A DNA stretch of 61,131 nt, filler included, from Sphacelaria rigidula (lineage: Eukaryota), in NCBI GenBank assembly GCA_964200075.2. It is 4 parts of 4 records of this genome, joined end to end, with 100 filler letters (N's around TTAATTAATTAA, not from the genome) between each part and the next. Parts side by side here need not be neighbours in the genome. Positions count along the whole stretch, not along the records: positions 1 to 15,209 come from CAXNAA020001860.1; positions 15,310 to 30,517 come from CAXNAA020001861.1; 2 more parts are not named here. One strand, written 5' to 3'. Position numbers and translations under genes: made by a program. Shown in pieces: positions 11,711-24,819 of the stretch (positions are counted from its first letter, which is position 1; every line of letters begins with the position of its first letter). Below the pieces are notes generated by a model. The model did not search any database, had not been told where the DNA came from, and worked only from the letters and a program-made list of their open reading frames with translations.

Positions 11711-14700
11711 GAGCAAGGGGGTAATATAATGCAAGGACACAGCTTGCAACCCAAGGCACAGGCTTGGCAGGCAAGTGTACAACCGTCAGGCTGCTACAAC
11801 TTGTAGATACCGTGTGACCTGCTCAGCATCCAAATATCAGACGGGTTTTCACGCAATAGATTCTTCACTCCTTCTGGCTATCTTGATTCTAACTCCAGTA
11901 CCCAATCAATCAATCCAACCCAAACCAGCCAATACCTTTCACCGATGGTTAGACCTCCTTTTGCTGGCTAGCAGAAGGGATGCAGTTTTGTAGTGCGAAG
12001 GATGGGGGTGCTTTGGTCGTGGGGACAGCGACCAAATCCAGTATCATCCTCGTGATTATACAGGTTCACATTCGTACCCGACCAACTCTGAACCGACCTG
12101 CAGCCTTGTCTACCGAAACAAAAGCGAGCCATAGCGAGAGTCAACAACGGCTAATATGCGTCTTCATGACAGAAGAAACAATTGTGGAGAATCGAAATGA
12201 TCCGATCAGATCGCCGAAATTCCCCGAAATTAGTTTTTCAACTAGGGCCCCAGCATCTCAGTTATCGGAATCCAAATTTGGTCGGCCTGTAGCAGCTGTC
12301 AAAAGCTACAAATACGATAAAAATGGAACCACATTTCGAAGTGTTGGTGTGAATACGAAGATTTTAGTTCCCTGGGTTTCTCACCCTCAGTAAAAATCCA
12401 TCCCCAATATGTAAAATCCCGTGTGAATGGCAAACAATGTTATGGAAAAGTTGGAGTGAAACATCAGAAGTGAAATTTCAATCAACGCTAGACTCTTAAA
12501 CTCACGAAAACCTTATTATCACTCGTGGTTTGAATGGTACAGAAGGACGTAATAATTCGACGCTCGGAATATGTTTGTGCGCCCCTATACCGTAGCACCA
12601 CTCTACGTAAATATCTTGGGGGGATTTTTTTCCCCGCAATCATACATGCAACAGCCATCATTGCCCGCCAGTAGCAACTACGTTACACACATGTGCATGC
12701 CGTTGTCTCTGGAATGGCGCGTGAAGCGTGCTTGCGGGATTGCCGTGCAGCGTGTAACGCACGGTCACATCCCGCCGACTCGCTGTGTCGTGTGCGATAC
12801 CGTAAGCTTCCGGAATCAAAAGAGTGGTACCACTAAAATGGTGTCGGTGTTTGCTTCGAAGAATAGATGGTCACATCGACTGTCCGGTGTGGTACAGGCG
12901 GAATGTCGGTGATAAACTGGCACGTACGAAGGGAAGAAACACATCACCCGACGTCGTCTCTCTAGCGTTCAGCACATTAAACATTAGGCCATCAAAATTG
13001 AAGGAAGAACTATTTATGGAGGATGATAACCGGAAAGCTGAAATAATCGAATCGACACAAATAGTTAAAAATGTTGTTGCATCACTTCACCCACCGGGAG
13101 CTATCGGTAACTACTGCACGCCGTACCATTCTGCGTTTCAATTACCGAAAGTCGGGATTCCTGGATAAACATATATATAATAAGGGTAACGTAAGTGATC
13201 TATAAGGATTGCCTACATTCCCCGACATCGACTTTTCACTTTGGACCTCAAAGTTTCGGTTCTTTGCATCCACAATTATTTGGCGTGCAGTTGTTGCCAA
13301 TGGCTGCCAGAACGTGAACGAATGCTACAAGGGGTCGAAGAATTGGTGTAGATAACAACATGTTATCTTTCCGGGTAGCCATCCTCATTGAAAAACTCCA
13401 CCCCCATCTTTAATGATCGACTACGATCGGTGTCACCAGCGATGCCTGGCGGTTCGCCCGCTGTGCAGAACAAAATTTGACACAGCCTAACTCCTGGAGT
13501 CGATGCGCGTGCGGTGGCCGGGTCGCACAGTATTCCAAGGCCCAAAGTGCAAGGCTACGTCTTCCACCTGTTTTGTGTTTTCTGAATCGTTTGATTAATA
13601 TCAATGCTTGTCTTCACGTCCAACCGGCGATTCGCCCAAGGGCATCGCCGGACTATTCGCCGTATTGATGTGCTCCCAAGGGCGCATCACACCAAGCACA
13701 CCACACCTTTCCCATCAACGAAACGAACGGACTATGAGTACCTAGAGGAGGAGACAACAACCGCCACGGTTAAATATATACCTACCTGCGCAATCTATCT
13801 ACACGATACATGTCTCCCACTTTCTCTACAGGTTAGATCAAGATTCATCGTCATGGTCTTTGCCCGCTTCCGATACCGAATTCTATCCTTCCGACCCGCT
13901 GCACTCGGAATCTGAATCTACAATCCAGATCGCCGCTGAATACTTCAACCCGCCCTGTGAGGGTTTATCTCCTTCGCCGTCGCTGCAATTACGACTGGTG
14001 GGATCTGTTCCTGGATCCGATCCCTCTTCCATCACCCTCCCGCCGTTGCGCCAGAACGACGCCCCACCATGACTATTATTTACATCTGCCCCTGGTGCTT
14101 TTCTCGCTCCATTTGCCTCGCCCCTAGGACGCAATGCCACTGACCAGCCCCTTCCATGGCTCGCCGCGGACCCGCCCCTTGCACGTTCGCAACTGACCCA
14201 CCCCTGCCATGCTTCCCGGCTGACCCGCATCTTCCACGGTTCGGCGTCGATCCGCCCCTCCCGTTGTGACATCGGCGGCGTGCATCGATGTTTACTGCGG
14301 TGGTATTATCAATAATAGTCGTCGCGTCTGTCGCAGGGGAAGTGGGAGGGGGCAACGAGCATTGGCCTTGGCAAGCGCAGCTCAGCGTGCAGTTCCCCAA
14401 ACACCTGCATCCCCGGCACCGGTGACGTCTTCGTGCCGCCCTTCTGGCTTGCAATCACATCGGAGGGTTTGCCGGTTGCCGGATGTATCCATGTAAGCGT
14501 GGCTTGATTGACAAGTACACCACTAGGTTGTCCCGCGTAAGCTCCACCGTCCCTTTGCTCGCTGTCTTCACCCCACTCTTATGGTGAGTCCTTTTCCCCG
14601 TTTCAACGCCCCATCCGCGCCCGTTGAAGTTCACTGTGGGCACGCTCTTCCCAAACCTCCCCCTCCAATATTCGAATACTTGATCGGACTTAGCCGTGTG

Positions 14701-15209
14701 TATCCTGCATGTGTCCATGTGCTGTGGAGATACACAGGCGGATCTTGTTCACGAATCGCTCCAAGTTCTGCCCACACGGCGATGTCCCTCAGATTTCTCA
14801 CCGGCGCTGTACATTCGGAGTGTGCCGGTCGAAATCCACTGTCAACCGCGGATGTGGCATGTGTTGGACGGGATGGCACTGGAAATGTTGCAACGGCCGA
14901 AGTGAAGAGCCCCAAACACCACGTTTGTCTTAGGACTTTCTGTCTGCTGCAGAAGCAAGTAATTCGACTACTACTGTGCAACCTCTGCTCTACTACTGTC
15001 TCTGCGACGGTGGTCGGTCTGTTTCGAGAACAGTACCTAACACCACGAGTCACAAATATTTCCAACAGCAGGCAGTTTACAATCTGTCCGGAGGATACGG
15101 AATAACGATAGATGGGCACAACGGGTTAGCCGTGTGGTCTTTGTTGGAATAATTCGTGGTCGTGGCACTGTCCTTACGACAGACCAACTACTGTTCAGCG
15201 AACAGTAGT

Positions 15210-15309
15210 NNNNNNNNNNNNNNNNNNNNNNNNNNNNNNNNNNNNNNNNNNNNTTAATTAATTAANNNNNNNNNNNNNNNNNNNNNNNNNNNNNNNNNNN
15301 NNNNNNNNN
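15210..15309. other. Artificial contig-join linker
   Basis: N44 + TTAATTAATTAA + N44 (stops in all six frames). Confidence 0.98.
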
Positions 15310-15352
15310 ATGGTCTGATGACTATGGCAAGCATGATCATGAGTACACCCCC
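15310..15352 (-). repeat. Fragment of unidentified coding repeat family (GVLMIxHAxxIRPLTSH...)
   Basis: GGVLMIMLAIVIRP at the contig end; similar to 17090-17440, 30618-30690 and 43520-43830. Confidence 0.65.
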
Positions 15353-15828
15353 TCTCCCCGGGAAAACAGACACACGAAAATAAGCATTTTGAAAACGTCG
15401 CATTATAATGTGAAATAGTCTTCTCCGCGTTCGTCCGAAGCACAATTCAAGCACATTCTCAAAGGTACTTGACATGAACTTCGATGTTTCTTAGCATATC
15501 TTTATTCCTCATTACTCCGAGGTACCCGGGTATCGACTGGCGAGACTAAGATTTCGGAGTAACTAGTGACTCATCCGGAGCATCGATGATGCCAGAGTAC
15601 CCGGAGTATGAACAATATTACCCGTATGGAACTCTACCCTATTTGGAGTACCTAAGCATATTTTTCACCGCATATTGCTGTCATATCATGGATGAAAAGC
15701 GTATCTTCGCTTCTGTTGACATGCGCCGTTTTCCAAGGACTGGAACATGACTGTTCAATCGGTTCCGCACATACCGAGAAAATAGCGCTTCTGCGTCTTC
15801 TTGTTGGCGTGTTCTCGTCCCACCACAG

Positions 15829-16026
15829 ATGAAGGCCGTATCGTCGCTTCTTCTCAGAGACGTTCCCGGACTCCGAGTGCGGGACGCATCGTTTTGGACC
15901 ATCGCCTACCGGCAGCTCATTCACGCCGCGCCCGAGAACGGTGCTCAGGAACTATACGAACGCCTCTTGCCGTACCTCAACTCCCGTCCTCTGCTCTCCA
16001 ATGTGCCGGCCGGGCTTTCCCAGGAC
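15829..16026 (+). CDS. Exon 1 (of those visible) of the large gene
   Basis: ccacag|ATGAAG...CAGGAC|gtgagt; MKAVSSLLLRDVPG...GLSQD. Confidence 0.8.
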
Positions 16027-16239
16027 GTGAGTCATGTTGTTGGCTAGTTTTACGTTGAATTACACCATGGTTCTGAGGAGGATGTGCAGATTTATGCGCC
16101 GTCTCGTCACTATCATGATGACGCCATCCTCGGCCGGTGCAGATGTCGGTGTTCACTGCAAGTGGTAGCGCCTATCCATGTTGTTGGTGTTGTCGCTGAC
16201 CTTGCTGCTGTTTATTGCTGCTGCTCTGCATGTGCGGCT

Positions 16240-16275
<36 letters not shown>

Positions 16276-18268
16276 ATTTTCCCCGACGGCGACCCTCCTG
16301 CTTCTCTTGCAGCTGCAGGCGTCGGTGTCGTTACCGTCCGTGATGTTACATCTGGTATTGCTATTCTTACCGCCGTTGGTATCGAGATTTCATAATATCG
16401 TTGTGCCCTCTTTCTTATTTTTTGTTCCATATGTGACAGGCCGACATCTCTTTCCGGACAACCCCACGAGGTGGAAACCCGTCGAAGGCCCGCATCGTGT
16501 GGGAAGCCACTAGGCACTGCCTTCGCCTGCTAGGGCTCACCAAGATGCAGGTAGTTACTGTACTCTGGACCGTTGCAAAAGCGCCGCATTACGCTGCCTG
16601 CCGTCGTTGTCTACGTCATTCCACGTCATCCGAAGGTGACCGTGGGTGGAGCAAATGCTTGTCATTGAGTGGATAAAATTAAGTTTGCCGATTCAAGAAG
16701 TGCAAACTTCATTTGTTTTGTTCGCGGGTGGTGTTGTGTGGGACTCTCGAACTCCTGTAGGGTACAGGGATGGCACCCCCTTGTCATGGTATCTTCAGCG
16801 ACAAGGTTTTCTCTTGTCAAGCAAGGGTCCGCATTGCCGAGAATAAACCGGCTCTCTTTAATTGGAAGACTTCGTCGAGAATTTCCCGACAGCTCAACTT
16901 TCCGCCGTCTGGCCTCCGCAGTTTCACCCAGGAAGTAGGGTCAAAATGCTTTGTCGGGCGGGGAACTCAAGAGGGGTGATTGATGTACATCGTCACGGGT
17001 AGATCCCCGTTGTAGTTATTTGGAGTGCCACAACACGGCGTACAAGTCCTGTATGTAGAATGTCACCCCGCTCCCCGCTCCCTCTGAATCACAATTAGTA
17101 CGCTCCGGGCTGAACAATCTCAGTAGGATGCAGCTCATACGGCATGCAAATCGCCGCATACACAACGACGCTTCGCTCTTGGTGATGGCGGGCGTGGTGC
17201 GACAAAAGCCCGGCGTGCCTGTCCCGGCTTTGTAGGGGTGCGAAGTCAATGGTCGCATGGCTACTGCATGCAAGATTATTGTACACACATCGCCACCCCC
17301 CGTATCATATCCTCGACGACTGAAGCATGAAACACAGTGCCGCGGCAGTCAGCGTTCCCGTAGAATCGTGACGTTCTCGAGATGTACGCATTGAAGGTCG
17401 TTTTCCACGAGCGACACGATAAGTCAAGGCTTTCTTCTTCGCAAACGTGATTGCTGTCGCCTTTAATCGTCAGGCTAAGCGGACGTCCGCGCACCTGCGA
17501 TGGACGATGCTGCGATTGGCGGAAGGAGAAATGCCGAGCATCACTAGCGGAGAAAAAATGCGGGGAAATGATACGGTCCCGCTGAGTCTGGCGTGCAGAA
17601 CAGTGGCTAAGGCGGCGTCAAGACTGGCTGTGGATCCGGGCTCCAACGAGACGGAGGTGCAGGTATGTGGGTGGATGCTTGTTCGCCACCATTTTGAGAA
17701 GCACGCGGCCCAAGTTTGACGTTCGAACGGAGGGTATGCTGGGGTAGATATCTAAGTCGTGCTACATTGCATTCGAAGTTGGATACGTGGTGATGTTTCG
17801 TTTGGTTGTGTACTGCCCTTCACATGTTGAAGACTTGATGTGATCTCCGTACCTGATTTCTTATATTGATTTTGTTATGGTTAGCCGTTGTGTGTTCGTG
17901 TGTCTCGACTATTCTACTTAGTGTACTGCGCAGTATTTTATTGTCTAACTTATGGCTATTGTTACTGATGTCACCGCCGTGCTCCAGTAATGAAAAATAA
18001 TTACATGCCTTCTCGAGGATGCTTGGTGAATTTTCCAACAAATGGACCGTAGTAAAGTATCAACGCTATCGTGCTTCCGTCGTTGCCCTCTTCAAGTAGA
18101 CTGTTGTTGTCATCGCTCCGTTCATAGCCTATATTTAGTGCGTTGTGTTGTTCGTCGTCAGGTCATTATCCAGAGGCCGGATTATAGTCCCTGAGCACAC
18201 CGTGAATATATTCGAAGCTTGCTTCGACTTTGTAAGTTTGGGCTCCTTGATTTTACGTCACTATACAT

Positions 18269-18299
<31 letters not shown>

Positions 18300-21200
18300 C
18301 AAGGTTCCCCTTCGGGAGGTTGGTACGAGCCTCCCGGGGGTGACGCGAGTCGAAAATGTATGGGTAAGACAGGCGATTGTATCTCATTGTACTGTAGTGA
18401 TCGTCGCTGCACAAAACATCGAATGTGTTATCGGATGATGGCTCCGGATAAGGTTCACCAACTTGAGTAACACGGATGTGAAGGTTGTACAATTGCTGGG
18501 CGGCAATAATTTCGACATGTGTGGCATATGCGTATCGATGCGACGTGAGCTGCAGGTAATGCTGAATTCTATTGTACTTTTGATCGGCGTAGGACATTTG
18601 TAGTATTCCCGAGGTGCCAGAATGCGAAGTAGCTTTCGTGCCACTAAGACATGACAGCGAGAGGCACTTGCCGAAAAATTCGAATGCGTGGAACATTCTT
18701 GGCATGTTATTCGTCACTTGGGAAGCTCGCGGGTATGTTCTTTCAGTCCTTCGCTTTTTCGCTGCACATGAGAGTTTGCATTTCTCTGTGCAAAATAGTG
18801 GCTTTGGCTGGCTGTTGAAATGCGTAAAATATTCCTGGCATGTTCTTTCTCACTTGGGAAGCTCGCGGGTATGTTCGTTTACCGCTTCGCTTTATCTATG
18901 CACATGAGAGTTGCGCCGGCCGAACTTTTCGTCGGGTCATTTTTTTAGCGGGCATGTTATTGCAGTGCTGTCGTTTTTCGCTGCACTTGGAAGTTTGCAT
19001 TTCTCTGGACATGAAAGTGGCGGTTCTTATCTGAAATGATTCCACATTACTGTGGCTTCCACATCACTCGGCCTTTTGTTAAAGTAGGGTGATGGCTTTT
19101 TGCGGCAAAGCATTCCTGTGCTGCCGTGCTGCTGTGCCTTGTTCAACTTGCCCAACGGCTCATTGCACGGTCTTGTGTTCGCTGCTGACGAAGGCCAAGG
19201 CAATGTTGAATTGTTTCCAACTGCTTTGCTCTCATATCCTCTTGACATTGGCGGCATATCCGGTGTGTTCGTGCTCTCAAATGAACGAGAACGCCATAAA
19301 GAGAAACACGAGTAAAAAATACCCCGCCAGAAGTAATCCTGTTTGAAGATTTCTTTTGTGTTTCGGGTTCCTGTTTCAAGTTTCCTATTATCTTGAAAAG
19401 GCTTTTGTGGTTCGGGATCAACACCCCGCGAAAAAGGGCCAGTTTGAGCGACTTTCGGTGGCCGAAACACGCGCCACAGGTCAGATGACACCCAAACCTC
19501 AACGGTAATGTACCGCTGAGTCTTCTCAGTGCGCTGCAAAAAGAAGCATGCGAAAAAATGTCTTGACGCCAGAGAAAACTCGGCATAAGTAGCGAAAAAT
19601 ATGTAATACATGTACACATGTTCATTATTTGATTGATCGTCGTACATTAACTGATCATGTACCTTAACAACGATGCAAACCAAAAGGGTACTTTGCCGCA
19701 CGTGATCTGATGGTGTAATTCACCAACAAGGCAAATCAGAAGCATAGTTCTTGCGTTGAATGCTTCCCCTCGCGTTCCACCCGTCCCTCGGTAACTCGAA
19801 TAACATCAACAGGCCATCAAGAAAACGATTGACAGCGTACAGGAGAAGGTGAAGGCGTTGTCGATGGCGGGGAAAGGGGGCGGTGCAGGCTTCCAGGATT
19901 GCCCGTTGAGCCTGGAGCTTGACGCTGAAAAGACGCCTTGGGCAGCTGTATTTCCGCTGTTCGGGAGGCTGCGGAGAGACGCGTCGGTGGAGCACATGGC
20001 CGGGGTGAGGGGTAGTCGCAGAGTAGCCACGTTTTTTTCCAGCCGAAGCAGTGGAATTTTGAGTTTTTGTTTTCCTCCATTTTTCTACTGTCGAAATGTA
20101 ATATACGGGTTAAAGGTTATCATACCCTTTTTTTCTGTTTTGTCAAACATGAAAGGGTGTGATGAGTCGTCAATCGGGGCTTGTGGCAACTTGTGGCAGT
20201 TTATCCCTCCTCTGTGCCGTGATATCCACAACAAGCCCCACGATTAATCTGCCTCGTCGTGCATTCTTGCTATGGGAAAGATGTTCGTGGAGGTGATCGT
20301 TTTTGCTGGTATGCGATGAAAATAGTTTTGCATATTTTTTTCGCGTGTCCTTTGGGGTGTGTTGGGTCCCCAAGCGAACGATCTACGCAGACGATTTGTT
20401 CGCCCGTTGATACGTCTGTGTGCTTGCCCCACGCTATTATCGGCGTCTTTTATTGCTCACTTGACGTGACATGAGTTGTGTTAATCGTAGTGATCAAGCC
20501 TCGCTTCAAACCCAAAGAGCAGACAGATTTATCTGTTGATGACCTACCTCAATGTGGAAAAGAAAGCCGCCCTCAACCAACGATTGTGATTACTTCTTCA
20601 CCCCCCCCACCCCCTATTTTTTTTGCCAGTCACAAATTCAACTCCTCTCCTTTTCCGGGAGGAGCCAGTGATCTCGAGGGATAAACCTGTCTCTCTCTCG
20701 GTACACGCTTTGCATTGTAGTGTCGTGGATTGGATCATGACCAAACACTCTCGCACCGCGTCGACTCTCGCCAATCAGAGTCAGTTACAGTCTTGTTGCT
20801 ACTCACGTACGTCCTCACGCCCTGACACTGTTAACGACGGAAATCATATTCTTCCACTTTGATGCAAAAAAAATCGAAACGCATCTGCCGGGAATTAAAC
20901 CTTGCGTTCTTTGCACTCTAATGGTGTCAGTTGTGCTTTTAGATCACCGTCGCGCCCTCATCTAGGGCAGTATCTCCACATGGTGGCATTGCGGATTTCG
21001 AGAACGGGTAGAACACCTACCTTTCATTACCCAAATGTGCGACAGCGCTGTTGATTTGCGCGAATGAAAGCCTGTCGTGTTGAAACGACATGAAACATAC
21101 CGGCACGGCGATGGGCCGACTATGCCGTTGATTCCGGGTCCATCGAGGCAGTCGCGACTGTAATCGGTTCCTCCACGGAATAACTCCCGACATAAGCATC

Positions 21201-24200
21201 GCGCTGGAAGCAAGTTTGTTGGGAAGAAAACTCCGCGAGGTATGCGAAGGCGAAACGACTTGAAACCCCAAACCGTCAGTTGGTCATTCTCCAGTCGTGG
21301 TCAACATTCCAAGGGTCGGGCGAATGAATGGTTCAATGATTCGTCTCAAAATCACTTGATTTTAGTGTAGTTGATTCCTACCGTACGAATCAATCCTTAG
21401 CACTTGTCTTCAGTGTTGCAAGCCAGGTACGCGCACCCCAGGCACGCAGAAAGGCGCAAAAATTGCGTGAAGACCTTTACGACCAGCGGTCAACTTTTTT
21501 CTCTGTCTCAAGCAATCAGGCCTGAAAAATAGTGGATTTGGTGACTCGGACCGGCGATGATTCGTCCAAACCGTGCAATATTCAGGGTTGACGGTGCCTC
21601 TTCCTTGAGTCAGCTGTGTGATTGCTTCTTTACTGGAGATTCCTCGTTGTGGGTTCGTCCGGGTTCGAGCAGATGTAGTAGCGCCATTAAAAGCGAGCCT
21701 CGGCGCTACCCACCCCCTTCGACACGAACCGTCGAAGACAATATCCCGCGTCTTGACTGTCAGATGTGATCTACGGTCTCAAATCTCAAACCAGTTGCGT
21801 GAACACTGGGTGTTCGATTTGAACGTGGCTTCTATTCCGCAGTGAAAGCTTCCCCCCGACCCCAAAAATGTATGTTATGCGCAAAGAGCTTGTGTGTGGA
21901 AAGGGAGAACCCCCCCACCCCCAACATACATACCCCCCTGTAATCGTTGCAACATTTTCCAGGAGACTGTCACTTTCCAAGAGTACAGGCACGGCCATAT
22001 CTTCGGTATATTGCACACGTCGGAGAGCTCATGAGCTACCGAAAGCAACTAATTAACCCTTAGACCGCGAGGTTAGTCTTCTGTTGAATCGGCATCAGTT
22101 TCAAGTGAAATGAAGTATGCATGATCCAGAAAGACTAGTCTCGCGATATACGGGTTGAAGGGGATTTTCATGGTGGTTCAGCGTAAGACCTTTTCAGCCG
22201 AAGCCATGTGGCAGGGACATGCCTTTTGTTTTCCTTTCTCTTCTCTTCTTTTCATTCATTCACTTTTTTTTCACGTCTTAGTTTACTATGTCGTTCTGTT
22301 ATACCTTCGGCGTTTTTTCGTTCATTTCAGCGAGTGTTTCAGTTTTATTTTGTCTCGGGTACGTCTATCATGTCACCACGGCTGGATCATGACCCCTGGG
22401 GGGTCGGTTAAAGTGCGACGATCAATTAATCAATCAATCTCCGACCCGTTAGTCCAAAATATGAAATACTTCACCGCGGGGTCAGAGAAGTCAAAGGGAA
22501 ACTCTTGCGCTACACCACGTGCTCGGGGTCCAGCGCTGCAGGAAGTAAACATGGGAACAGGGGGCCAAATGAGGATCTCATTATCCCGATCAGTACACTC
22601 GTAGGGAGTGATGTTTTGGTAGCTCATGAGCTACTGTCCGACGTGTGGTATATTGTGAATTCGTTCGAAACTCCCTCAAGTTTATATCCCTCATGTCAGT
22701 CCACACATTTTTTTCATTTTGCTTACTGATTGTTGTCCATGGTGCGCAGGAACACAAACCTCCACCCATCCTGCGGCCGGTGGAGCTGACCCTCGTCCCC
22801 GACTCCGTATCGACATTCGAGGACGTTGCCAATACGCTGACGCGTTGCTGCGAGGTGTGCACACTGCTGTCCAACCAGCGCCGAGTGATGAAGAACACGT
22901 TCTTCTTGAGGGCTTCTCTCATCACACACATGGTCACCAGGGTGAGTGAGCGGGAGAGTAGTGCTGTAGTAGTGGAACATGGCGTGGTGATCGTCGAGAT
23001 GAACGTTTTTGTAGTGTCTTGTTTGCATGCTCATATATATGTTGTATTTGGCGTGTCGCTAGATCAAGTCTGCCATTTCGTATCGTACTGTGATGCTAAT
23101 TTCGTGTGTCTTGTGTTTTGTTTAGTTTTTGGTTTGCGAAAAATTTATCGAATAAGTTCTTGGTCCACTTTGCTGCCAGGTGCAGGGCTGCTCTGCACGA
23201 CACGTTGCTGTATCGCGTGATGTGCTTGATGGGGATTTCGCTATGAGGTCAATATCAGGCCAGAAACAAGAATATCTTCGGCATGGCATACTTTTCATGG
23301 GCTGAACGCCTGACGAAACGTTTTGGGCTCTTGATGGGTTCCTGTGGTATGCAGACGTCCGTGCGTGATCCTGAACGTGCGTGCATACATAGAGCGCCTT
23401 GTTTGGTTCAGGTTCTTTCATCATCCGACGCCCAGTTTGTTGTCATCATGTTATTATAGTCCATTTACATCTTCTGATTTGCGGTGAAAGCAGAGAAGTA
23501 TATTAAATCTTGGCTCACTGCGGAGGTTTATGTGTTTCGTGCTGCTTCCAGGTGATCCCCATGCCACTGCCGAATATGTCGCCCAGGGCGCTGACGGAGT
23601 GCTTTTGGCAGGCCAAGGGCAGGTTCATGCGGTACGAGACGCAATCCCACATCCTGAGGATGCTGGTGAGGAAGTACTGCTGTAATGAATGGATAGTGAC
23701 CTCGTGGAAGCGTGCAACATTTGCTTTTGATCTTTGATTTTTGTCACGCTTTTGTTATTTCGGAATCGTGTTGAGGTGCTCCCGTCGCTATTACCTATCC
23801 GTGGGGGGGGGGGTGTCGATGTGTCGCTCTACAGCATCGCAAGTTATTGCGCGTGCTACAGTGGTGGTGTGGTCGCACGATTGTCGGCGTAGACAGACAT
23901 CGTGGACACTTTGAGGTGTCGGCGGACCCATCCAGCTGCACGCTGCACACTGTACACTCGTCAGCGTAGACAAATGTAGGTGACATGCTCTCCAGTGTGT
24001 CAACTCCGTTGAGCAACGTCATGTATGGCACAAACTTGCTCGGGTGTCGTCAGTTTCGTTCATCTCCTCGAGGCCAACGACGATTTTTGACGTTCCTATG
24101 CGGGATTTTTTTAGCGGTGTTTCGAATGTGCGAAGCACTTCCCTGACGCGGTGTATGCGAGAAAGAGATGAATGGGCAATTGCAAAATGTTCGCTTGAGA

Positions 24201-24774
24201 AGACATTTCTGTTCCGGAATTTTAGGTCCGAATCGGCATGTCGTGAGGTGACGAGACACCGCGTTGGTGAACGTCTGGCAAAGATGTTGTCATTACCAAA
24301 ATCAACCTCCCGAGTACCGCTGTCAACGCGTATTGTGCTGTGCTCGAGTATGGTGAGACGCAATTCTCGCCCTTCTCTGTGTTTTTTTGTGACTGCTTGT
24401 GCTTCGACGCCACGATACCCTAGAGTACAGTCTATTACCCGCATTATGGGATGCATGTACATCAAGCGATGTTGCAGACTTTGTCGTGAACGTGAAATAA
24501 AGAGGGACAATGATGAAACGTGTCATGAGGTACCATAATTCTAACCTGTCTTGTAACTTGCGAGACCTTCTACACGACCAACCGTTGTTGTGTTCCAGGA
24601 TCTCGTCAGCCGGCACTTCGCAGCGGCATCGCTGTCTCTTAAGGTCACCCGCAGCTTCGACGCCGTCAGAATGCTCACCATGTCGTGTCTAGCGGCGTTG
24701 GCCGATGTGGTGATGCGTGTGACTGCCTGCGACACCCCTTCGCCGTGCTCCAAGCACTACAGCGGAAAGGCTCA

Positions 24775-24819
<45 letters not shown>

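Noticed and set aside
13270-15119. Possible tyrosine recombinase or other gene remnant (TAKSDQ...)
   Set aside because: No R...HxxR...Y catalytic set and no consistent splice model could be built.
15254-15265. TTAATTAATTAA as piggyBac TSD or regulatory site
   Set aside because: Embedded in symmetric N-runs and repeated identically three times: an assembly linker.
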